From Candidatus Eiseniibacteriota bacterium (GTDB lineage Bacteria; Eisenbacteria; RBG-16-71-46), in the NCBI GenBank assembly GCA_044222065.1, contig JBGAOA010000086.1, positions 1-14,196 of the forward strand: DNA of 14,196 nt, in the 5' to 3' direction. A program made the translations under genes and the position numbers. The notes under the pieces are model-generated. The model was not told the origin of the DNA. It saw only the letters and a program-made list of their open reading frames with translations, and did no database searches. Shown piece by piece: positions 6,282-14,196 of the stretch (positions are counted from its first letter, which is position 1; every line of letters begins with the position of its first letter).

Positions 6282-7257
6282 CTAGGGCTGCGGCGATTGC
6301 GCCCGCAGCTCGAAGCGGTAACGCGAGGCGCGCGTGAAGCGCTCGCCGTGCTTCTCGACCTCGCTCGCGAGCACGACCGCGTACTGGCCGGGCGTGAGCG
6401 GCTCGTTCTCGCGGTCGATGACGATCATGCGGCGCGGCTCGAACTCCCACTGCCGGTACTGCACGGCGAACAGCTGGCGTCCCGCCGCATCGAGCAGCGA
6501 CACGGTGACGAGCGACGTGTCCGGCACGTTGAGCGGTTTGATGCCGAGCGCGAGGCTCGTGAGCGCGCCCGCGACCGGAATCACGTTGAGCTTGCCTTCG
6601 CCCGGGCTCGCGTCTTTCACGGGGCCCGAGAGCGAGCGCGGCTTCGGCGCGATGCGCAGCGTGAGTCCCGTCAACGGTTCGCTCGCGATCGTGCTCGCCG
6701 TGGGCCGGATGCCCGCGGGCGCCGAGAGCGGACGGCTGTCGAACTGGCGCGCGCGCAGGTCGAACACGAACACGAGCACGGCCGCGGCGGTCGCGAGCGT
6801 GCCCCACGCGAACAGCACGCGTTCGCGCCGCGTCCGCAGCGCGGGATCGAAGCGAACGATGCGCACGTTCGGCGCGGCGGGCGCCTGCGGTGAGGCTGCC
6901 GCCTCGTCGAGTTCGCGGCCGGTCTCGAGTTCGGCGCGGAACTCGAGCGCGGGCGAATGCCCGAGGGCCTCGAGGTCCTGCCGGCACTCGGCGCAGCGCT
7001 CGAGGTGCCGGCGCACGAGCGCACGCTCGAGCCCGCGCAGCGTCCGCGCGCGCGCGGCCAGCTCGCAAGCACCGCGGGCGGGACGTGCCGTCCGCCCGGC
7101 GTGTCGCTCGCGTCCGCGAACGCGTCCGCGTGCGCGCGCACGCCGCGCAGCCGGCGACGTGCGACTCGAGACGCGACGTCTCGTCGTCCGTCAGCAGTCC
7201 CGTCCGCCACGCGCCGAGGCGCGTTCTCACCCAGTCGTGCGTCACCCGGTCTTCCAT
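6282..7257 (-). CDS. Transmembrane anti-sigma factor with two zf-HC2 (ZAS) motifs; two apparent 1-nt deletions (about 325 aa when restored)
   Basis: ATG 7257 with GAGGAG, 9 nt after the sigma stop. First frame MEDR...HVAGCAAC; shift near 7135 to HADAFADASDTPGGRHVPPAVLASWPRAR; shift near 7045 to TLRGLERALVRRHLERCAEC, then TM helix VLFAWGTLATAAAVLVFVF and a beta-rich C-terminal domain. Span 976 nt + 2 = 326 codons. Confidence 0.8.
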
Positions 7258-7266
7258 CGGTGCTCC

Positions 7267-7851
7267 TCACTCCTCCCCGAGGCCCGCGAGCAGCGGATCG
7301 CCGCCCGCGCCCGCCGCCGCGCGCAGCAGTTCCACGCAGCGCGACCATTGCTTGCGAATTCCGTCGTGGCTGCGGCCCGTCGCCGCCGCCACGCGCTTCC
7401 AGTCCCAGCCGTCGAAATACGCGACCGCGAGGTCGCGGCAGCGCGCATCTCGCGCCGTGAAGTACTCCAGCACCACGAACTCGATGCGCTCGAGCGGATC
7501 GCCGAGCGACTCCGCGCGCGCGCGCGGGTCGGCCGCGGTCTCGATCGCGGTCTCGTCCTCGCGCACGAGCGCCGTCCAGCGCGTGCGCCGTCGCAGCGCG
7601 TCGATCGCCGTCCGGCGAGCGACCTCGGTGAGCAGCGCCTCGAGGTTCTGGACCCGTTCGCGGCGCAGGTAGCGCAGCAGGCGCACGAGGCACTCCTGAG
7701 CGAGGTCGTCGATGAGCCCGTGACTCGCGGGCGGCAGCTCGACCGCGAGCCTGCGGCGCACGAAGTCCGAGGCCTGGTCCCAGCGGACCTCGGCCTCGTT
7801 CGCCGCGCCCGCAGGGCCGGCGTCCGGGTTTCCGCGCTCGAGGGATGTCAT
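7267..7851 (-). CDS. ECF-type sigma-70 family RNA polymerase sigma factor, about 194 aa
   Basis: Region 2 'DDLAQECLVRL...L.ALLTEVARRTAIDALRRR' and region 4 HTH 'YFDGWDWKRVAAATGRSHDGIRKQWSRCVELLR'. Lies directly upstream of a ZAS anti-sigma. Start uncertain (ATG 7851 lacks a clear SD; GTG 7866 is an alternative). Confidence 0.88.
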   Translation of the reverse strand: MTSLERGNPDAGPAGAANEAEVRWDQASDFVRRRLAVELPPASHGLIDDLAQECLVRLLRYLRRERVQNLEALLTEVARRTAIDALRRRTRWTALVREDETAIETAADPRARAESLGDPLERIEFVVLEYFTARDARCRDLAVAYFDGWDWKRVAAATGRSHDGIRKQWSRCVELLRAAAGAGGDPLLAGLGEE

Positions 7852-8038
7852 ACCTGACGCACGCAATCAGAGTCGGCGGCAACGCGCAACCGCGTCCGGG
7901 GCTTCCGGCGCCCGGGTGCCGCGCGGGCCGCCGGCCCTGAGTGTGCTCGTCCCCCGGTTCGTCGCGCGAACGACCGCCGTGTGACGCGGCGATCGCGGCC
8001 GGAATCCGCGGCTTTCGAACCGCCCCGCCGCGGTGCGG

Positions 8039-9280
8039 TCAGCGCACGAACAGCAGGCGGCGGACGAACGCCCGCTCGTCCGCCACGAGCCGGCACAGGT
8101 AGACGCCCGGGGCGAGCGCCGAGCCGTCGACCTCGACGACGTACTCGCGCGCCTCGTGCCGGCCGCGCGCGAGCGTCGCGACGCGGCGGCCGGCGGTGTC
8201 GAACAGCGCGAGATCCGCCTCGCCCGCGCGGGCGAGCGTGAAGCGCACGCGCGCGCGGCCGGCGACCGGGTTCGGCTCGATCGGCGCGAGCGCGAGCCCG
8301 GCGGGGCGCGCGTCCGAAGCGACGCCCGTGACGAACGACGTGCTGCGCCACACGCGGCGTCCGCCGGCGAGCAGCCGCCCGCTGGCCGTGAGCACGAGCG
8401 AGGCGAGCGCTTCGTTCGCCGGAATGCCCGCGCCCGTGTTCGTCCAGGTCGCGCCTTCGTTCACCGACTGCCACACGTGCGTGTCCTCGGCGCCGTAGAG
8501 CGTGCCGTCCGGCCCCGCGACGAGCGCGCTCACGTACGGGGCGCTGCCGCTCAGCCGCACCCAGCTGTCGCCGCGATCCACGGAGCGGTAGAGACCGTCG
8601 AACGACGCCGGGAACAGCGTCTCGATCACGACGTGGTCGTTCGGCAGCACCGCGAGCGAGCGCACGTTGAGGCCCGAGAGCCCCGAGACGAGCCGCGTCC
8701 ACGTGAGGCCCTGGTCGAGGCTGCGGTAGAAGCCGTCGATCGAACCCGCGTAGGACTCGCCCTGCGAGCCGAAGCCGAACTGCGACGTCGCGCTGCCGCC
8801 GCTCGCGCCGGGAAGCGCGATGGACTGCCACGCGTCGCCCGCGTTCGTCGAGCGGTGCACCTTGCCGTTCCCGGTGTACGTGAGGCCCGCGAGCACGACG
8901 CCGCCGGGATGCACGGCGATGCCGTCGCAGCCTTCGGTGACGAGATCGCCGCTCCACGTGAGGCCGCCGTTCGTCGAACGGTAGAGCCCGAGTGCGAAGT
9001 CGCTCGCGAACAGCGCGCCGTCGGGCGCGATCGCGAAGCGGCCGACGTAGCGGCCCGGAACGAACGGCGCGACCGGCGACCACGATTCGCCGTCGTCGTT
9101 CGACACGTACACGGAGCCGCCGCCGAACGCGTACGTGGGCCCGGCGGGCGAGGCGGCGAGACGATAGACGTAGCCGGACGGCAGGCTCGTCGGCTCCCAG
9201 TCGAGCGCGAGCGCCGGAGCGGCGAGCGCGGCGGGCAGCGCGAGGACGAGCGCGAACGCGAACGGAACGCGAGGGATCAC
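8039..9280 (-). CDS. Secreted Asp-box (BNR/Ycf48-like) beta-propeller with C-terminal T9SS/FlgD-like sorting domain, 413 aa
   Basis: GTG 9280 with GGAGG. Signal peptide ending ALA. Six Asp-box-type repeats (SNDDGESW, STNGGLTW, STNAGDAW, SLDQGLTW, SVDRGDSW, SVNEGATW). Tail 'VTGV...PNP...F.L...L.LFDTAGRRVATL...LAPGVYLCRL...RRLLFVR'. Confidence 0.88.
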   Translation of the reverse strand: MIPRVPFAFALVLALPAALAAPALALDWEPTSLPSGYVYRLAASPAGPTYAFGGGSVYVSNDDGESWSPVAPFVPGRYVGRFAIAPDGALFASDFALGLYRSTNGGLTWSGDLVTEGCDGIAVHPGGVVLAGLTYTGNGKVHRSTNAGDAWQSIALPGASGGSATSQFGFGSQGESYAGSIDGFYRSLDQGLTWTRLVSGLSGLNVRSLAVLPNDHVVIETLFPASFDGLYRSVDRGDSWVRLSGSAPYVSALVAGPDGTLYGAEDTHVWQSVNEGATWTNTGAGIPANEALASLVLTASGRLLAGGRRVWRSTSFVTGVASDARPAGLALAPIEPNPVAGRARVRFTLARAGEADLALFDTAGRRVATLARGRHEAREYVVEVDGSALAPGVYLCRLVADERAFVRRLLFVR

Positions 9281-9380
9281 GGGGACCTCCGTGGAGGGAG
9301 CGAGCACGCACGGTTCGAGGTCGGATCGCGCGGGAGTGTCCGCGAGCGACGGCCCCGCGTCCAGAGGGAAGGTGCCCGGC

Positions 9381-9409
9381 GTGACGCCTGCCGGCGCGCG
9401 CAGTACCGT
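9381..9409 (+). promoter_or_regulatory. Candidate sigma70 promoter for the tricorn gene
   Basis: GTGACG (9381-9386), 17 bp, TACCGT (9404-9409), 48 nt upstream of ATG 9458. Confidence 0.45.
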
Positions 9410-9457
9410 CGCGCGACCCGGCAGCACCCCGAACCACGTCGATCCGGAGGCTCCCCG

Positions 9458-12400
9458 ATGTTGCGCCCCGTTCTCGCGTTGTGCCTCGCCCTGTCCGCGA
9501 CGATCGCGTCGCCCGCCCCGCCCGCGCTCGCGGCCGACGGCGCATCGCCCACCCGCATGCTGTGCTCGCCGACGGTGAGCGCGACCCACATCGCCTTCGC
9601 CTACGCGCAGAACATCTGGATCGTGCCGCGCGCGGGCGGCGCCGCACGGCAGCTCTCGACCTTCCAGGGCCGCGCCTCCGATCCGCACTTCTCCCCCGAC
9701 GGCCGGTGGATCGCGTTCACGGGCGAGTACGCGGGCAACCTCGACGTGTACGTCGTCGCGGCCGACGGCGGAACGCCGCGCCGCCTGACGTGGCACCCGA
9801 GCGACGACCTCGCGCAGGGCTGGACGCCGGACGGCTCGGCCGTGCTGTTCGCCTCGAGGCGCGGAGCGTGGGCGCCGACGGCGTCGTGGCGCTTCCACAC
9901 CGTGCCCGCGACGGGCGGCCCCGAGTCGCCGCTCGCGATCCCGCGCGGCTACCAGGGCCGCATCGCGCCCGACGGTCACGCGATCGCCTACCGCATGAAC
10001 GACTCGTGGGACGAAGAGCGCCGCAACTACCGCGGCGGACAGAACCGCCCGATCTGGATCACCGACCTGAAGACGAACGAGACGGTGACGCCGCCGTGGA
10101 CCGACTCGAAGGACATGATGCCCGCGTGGGCCGGCGGCAAGGTGTACTTCCTCTCGGACCGCGACGGCGTCGCGAACGTGTGGGTCTACGACCCGACGTC
10201 GAAGGCGCTCGCCCAGGTGACGAAGTTCACGGACTTCGACGTGAAGACGCTCGACTCGGGCGCGAACGCGCTCGTGTTCGAGCAGGCGGGACGCGTGCAC
10301 GTGCTCGATCCCGCGACCGGCGCCTCGCACCCCGTGGACATCGTCGCGAACGGCGACTTCCCGTGGATGCTCCCCCACTGGGAGGACGCCGGACGCTTCG
10401 TCGCGAACCTGGCGCTCTCGCCGACGGGCAAGCGGGCGTTGATCGAAGCGCGCGGCGAGATCTTCGCGGCGCCGGCCGAGAAGGGCGACACGCGCAATCT
10501 CACGCGCGCGAGCGGCTCGTTCGAGAAGGCGCCCGCGTGGTCGCCCGACGGCAAGTGGGTGTCGTACTTCAGCGACCGCACGGGCGAGTACGAACTCGTG
10601 ATCGAGTCTCCCGACGGCATCACGCCGCCGCGCTCGATTCCGCTGCGCGGCAAGGGCCAGTACTACACGCCGAGCTGGTCGCCGGACTCGAAGAAGCTCG
10701 TCTACCACGACACCGACATGAACGTGTGGGTGCTCGACGTCGCCTCGGGGAAGGCGAAGGTCGTCGGCAACGAGCCGTGGATGGTGCCGTTCCGCTCGCT
10801 GCTGCCGACGTGGAGCCCGGACTCGCGCTGGGTCGCGTTCGCCGCGCGGCTGCCGTCGCTGTTCCGCGCGATCTACGTCGCGAACGTCGAGACCGGCGAG
10901 TCGCGCGCGATCACGGACGGGCTCGCGGACGCCGCGTACCCGGTGTGGGATGCGGACGGCAAGCACCTCTGGTTCCTCGCCTCGACCGACCTCGGGCTGC
11001 GCTCGCAGTGGCTCGACATGAGCAGCTACGACCACAACCCCACGTACGGGCTGTACGTCGCGGTGCTGAAGAAGGACGGCGCGAATCCGCTCGCGCCCGA
11101 GAGCGACGAGGACGAGGGCGTGAAGTCCGCCGACAAGCCCGCCACCGAGGAGCGCGGCGCGAAGCCCGGCGCGAAGGCCGAGGCGAAGGGCGAGGCGAAG
11201 CCCGCGGGACCGGCGGCCGTGACGATCGACTTCGACGGACTCCAGGGCCGCATCGTCGCGGTGCCGATGGTGACGCCCGGCGCCTACGGACCGATCCGCG
11301 CGGGCGCCGCGGGCACCGTGTTCCTGCTCGAGGCGGCCGCCGGCGCGAGCCCGTTCGGCGGCGGCGCGTCCACGCTCCATCGCTTCAAGCTCGGCGAGCG
11401 CAAGTCGGAGACGTTCGTGAAGGGCGTCGGCGACTTCGCGGTGAGCGCCGACGGCAAGAAGCTGCTGTACCGAACGGCGGTCGTGCCCGGTCCGCGCGGC
11501 GCGCCGCCCGCGAAGGCGCCGCGCTTCTTCATCGTGGACGCCGACAAGGCCGCGCCGAAGCCCGACGACGGCGAACTCAAGCCCGAGTTCCGCATGTGGC
11601 TCGATCCGCGCGCCGAGTTCGCGCAGATCTTCGCCGAGGGCTGGCGGAACCAGCGCGACTACTTCTACGTGCCGAACCTGCACGGCACCGACTGGCCGAA
11701 GATGCGCACGATGTACGGCGCGTTTCTCGGCGACGTGAACCACCGCGAGGACCTGAACTACCTGCTCGACCAGATGGGCGCCGAGACTTCGATCGGCCAC
11801 TCGTACGTGTACGGCGGCGCGATGCCCGACGTGCCGGACGATCCCGCGGGGCTGCTCGGCGCCGACTTCGCGATCGAGTCGGGGCGCTATCGCATCACGC
11901 GCATCTACGACAACGAGAGCTGGAATCCCGAGCTCAAGGCGCCGCTCGCCGCGCCGGGACTCGACGTGCGCGTCGGTGACTTCGTGGTCGCGATCAACGG
12001 CGAGGAACTGGCGGCGCCGGACAACCTGTACCGGCTGCTGAACGGCACCGCGGGCAAGCAGACCGTGATCGAGGTCAACGACCGTCCGACCCGCACGGGC
12101 GCGCGCAAGGTGACGGTCGTTCCGGTCGAGAGCGAGCAGGCGCTGCGCACGCGCGCGTGGGTCGAGTCGAACCGCCGCCGCGTGGACGAGCTGTCGGGCG
12201 GCAAGCTCGCGTACGTGTACGTGCCGAACACCGGCCAGGGCGGCTACCAGAGCTTCAACCGCTACTACTTCGCGCAGCAGGATCGCGACGGCGTGATCGT
12301 GGACGAGCGCTACAACGGCGGCGGCTCCGCGGCCGACTACATCGTCGACGTGCTCGCCCGCGAGTTCGACGGCTACTTCAACAACGTCGCCGGCACGCGC

Positions 12401-12824
12401 CGGCCGTTCACGAGCCCGGCGGCCGGCATCTGGGGTCCGAAGGTGATGATCGTGAACGAAATGTCGGGCTCGGGCGGCGACTACCTGCCGTACCTCTTCC
12501 GCTGGCGCAAGGTCGGCCCGATCGTCGGCAAGCGCACGTGGGGCGGGCTCGTGCACACGGCCGACACGCCGCGCTTCCTCGACGGCGGCGCGATGATCGC
12601 GCCGCGCGGCGGGTGGAGCCCACCGCCGACCTGAAGTGGGCGGTTTGTAGGCCCAGGGCGTCGCGCCGGACGTGGACGTCGAGAACTGGCCGAAGGACGT
12701 GATCGCCGGCCACGACGCACAGCTCGAGCGCGCGGTCGAGGAAGCGATGCGGCTGCTGAAGGCGAATCCGGTGCGGCGCAGCGACCACGAACCGCCGCCG
12801 CCCACGACGGGCCGGCGCCGGTAG
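9458..12824 (+). CDS. Tricorn protease homolog (peptidase S41B: PD40 propellers, C1, PDZ, catalytic domain); two frameshifts at 12614-12656
   Basis: ATG 9458 with GGAGG and a signal peptide. PD40-like repeats (FSPDG, WTPDG, WSPDG, WSPDS), 'RNYRGG', 'IGHSY' (His codon 11798), PDZ region, 'DERYNGGG', nucleophile motif 'SGSGGD' (Ser codon 12470), 'GKRTWGG'. Main frame stops at 12634, but TADLKWAV and GVAPDVDVENWPKDVIAGHDAQLERAVEE...PPPPT continue in the other two frames to TAG at 12824. Confidence 0.93.
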
Positions 12825-12839
12825 CGCCGCGCTCCGAAC

Positions 12840-12875
12840 GCGACGGCCGGAGCCTCGATCGCTCCCGGCCGTCGC
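12840..12875. terminator. Hairpin between convergent tricorn and TPR genes
   Basis: 11-bp stem GCGACGGCCGG (12840-12850) / CCGGCCGTCGC (12865-12875), 15 nt after the restored tricorn stop, which supports 12824 as the true end. No U tract. Confidence 0.6.
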
Positions 12876-12930
12876 CGTCTCGGCGCGCGTCACTGGACGG
12901 CGGTCCTCTTTCGCGGCCCCGCTCGCGGCG

Positions 12931-14196
12931 CTACTTCGCGTTCGCCGCCGCCGCGCTGTCGCGCGCGGCCTGCTCGAGCTCGGCGCGCACGCGCGCCGCG
13001 TCGGCGGTGCGGCCGAGCGCCTCGTACTCCGCCACGAGGTCGCGACGCGCGTTCGCGACCCACGACGCCGCGTCCTGCCGCGCGACGATCTCGTAGCCCG
13101 CGCGCGTCTCGCGCTCGGCCTCGGCGTAGCGGCGCTCGCGCAGCAGCGTGCGCCCGAGCTTGAGCCGCGCGCCGCCCGCGTAGAAGTGGTCCGCCGGCAG
13201 CGTCGCCTGGTACGTCGCGATCGCCTCGCGGAACTGCCTCTCGGCCGTCGCGAGATCGCCGCGGTCGAACGACACGCTGCCCATGTTCGAGGTCGCGAGG
13301 CCGATCAGGTAGTGCTTGCCGCCGTAGATGCGGCGGTAGATGTCGAGCATGCGCCGGTAGTACGCGTTCGACTCGTCGTAGCGCTTGCGGTAGAGCGCGA
13401 GCAGCCCGAGTTCGTTCAGCGTGGAGGCCACGCTCGCGTGCACGGGACCGTAGATGCGTTCGCGCGCGGCGAGTGCGCGCGTGAGCGGGTCCACCGCCTC
13501 GTCGAGCCGCCGCTGCACGACGAGCATGCGGCCGACCATGTTGAGCGCGGACGCGGTTTCGAAGTGCGCCTCGCCGTACCAGCCGCGGTAGATCTCGTAC
13601 GCGCGCCGGAAGTACGACTCGGCCGCGGCCGCTTCGCCGCGCTCCTGCTGCGTCGCCCCGAGGTTGATGAGGTCGGCGGCCACGCGAGGGTGGCGCTCGC
13701 CGAAGGTCGCGCGGTCGAGAGCGAGCAGCTGGCGGTTGAGCGAGTCCGCGACGTCGTAGTGGCCCGCGTAGAAGTGGCTGTTCGCGAGGTCGGTCAGCGT
13801 GAGTCCGATCTCGGAGGCGGGCAGCCCCGCGAGCGAGTCGAGGCGCACCGCCGCCGTGAGCACGCGGATCGCCTCTTCGTAGTCGCCGTTGTTCTGGACG
13901 ACCTTGCCGAGCGTCGTCGTCGCCCGCGCGATCGCCGCGGGATCCTTCGTCGCGCGCGAGCGCTCGAGCCCGAGGCGCGCGAGGCTGTCGGCCTCCTCGG
14001 GGCGCGACTGGTAGGCGCGCAGCTCGGCGAGCGCGAGGAACGAGCGCGCGACGTCCGGGTGGCGCTCCCCGAGGCGCTCGCGCCGCACGGCGAGCGCGCG
14101 TTCGAGCAGCGAGTCGGCGCGGTCGAAATCGCCGAGCGACAGGTAGGCGCTCGCGAGCGTCTGGAACAGCTCGCCCTGAACGGCGGGCTCGCTCGC
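12931..14196 (-). CDS. Tetratricopeptide-repeat protein, 5'-partial; probably the C-terminal TPR region of a membrane Ser/Thr kinase
   Basis: The frame stays open to the window edge (ASEPAVQGELFQTLASAYLSLGDFDRADSLLERALAV...). It has about 42-aa TPR_10/12-type repeats with 'G..HP.VA..L..L(G/A)'. The kinase domain is not in the window; it is inferred from the typical architecture. Confidence 0.85.
   Translation of the reverse strand, partial: ASEPAVQGELFQTLASAYLSLGDFDRADSLLERALAVRRERLGERHPDVARSFLALAELRAYQSRPEEADSLARLGLERSRATKDPAAIARATTTLGKVVQNNGDYEEAIRVLTAAVRLDSLAGLPASEIGLTLTDLANSHFYAGHYDVADSLNRQLLALDRATFGERHPRVAADLINLGATQQERGEAAAAESYFRRAYEIYRGWYGEAHFETASALNMVGRMLVVQRRLDEAVDPLTRALAARERIYGPVHASVASTLNELGLLALYRKRYDESNAYYRRMLDIYRRIYGGKHYLIGLATSNMGSVSFDRGDLATAERQFREAIATYQATLPADHFYAGGARLKLGRTLLRERRYAEAERETRAGYEIVARQDAASWVANARRDLVAEYEALGRTADAARVRAELEQAARDSAAAANAK

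Noticed and set aside
7852..7900. Possible autoregulatory ECF promoter or leaderless start (CGTC just before ATG 7851)
   Set aside because: No AAC-type -35 at suitable spacing and no matching motif found upstream of neighbouring genes.
11105..11215. Repeated GCGAAG units in the tricorn gene
   Set aside because: They encode the charged low-complexity linker (AKPGAKAEAKGEAK) usual at this position in tricorn homologs; not a DNA repeat element.
12528..12550. TWG in tricorn 'GKRTWGG' resembling the TWG tail
   Set aside because: It is an internal, conserved S41 catalytic-domain motif and lacks the KALYR part.
8033..12805. Giant overlapping ORFs of 1533 aa (+) and 1588 aa (-)
   Set aside because: Each is a real gene fused to the stop-free antisense shadow of the divergent gene. 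Internal SD, start codon and signal peptide at 9458 (+) and 9280 (-) mark the true starts, and the extensions are Arg/Ala-rich.
1..14196. CRISPR array, tRNA/rRNA, transposase, integrase or defence genes
   Set aside because: No regularly spaced repeats, RNA gene signatures or such protein motifs seen, and composition looks uniform by eye.

Overview
A very GC-rich bacterial window made almost entirely of cell-envelope and secreted-protein genes. The C-terminal tails (FlgD/T9SS-like Ig domains and a short TWGxxKALYR motif) suggest an FCB-related lineage such as Candidatus Eisenbacteria; this is inference. Gene order: DUF4198 protein (-), divergent from a DUF4331 protein with an FlgD-like tail (+); then a minus-strand run of a 5'-truncated TWG-tail protein, a lectin-like TWG-tail protein, a small lipoprotein, two small beta-barrel-like proteins, a frameshifted tandem zinc-finger anti-sigma factor, an ECF sigma factor and an Asp-box beta-propeller with a T9SS-like tail; then a divergent tricorn-like S41 protease (+, frameshifted near its 3' end) and the 3' part of a TPR protein (-). 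The most interesting signals are (1) a shared PSTWGxxKALYR C-terminus on two otherwise dissimilar adjacent proteins, a candidate protein-sorting signal, and (2) an ECF sigma/double-ZAS anti-sigma pair whose external domain resembles the secretion tails of neighbouring genes. Three loci carry indels or a truncation, most simply explained as sequencing or assembly error. I saw no rRNA, tRNA, CRISPR array or mobile element.
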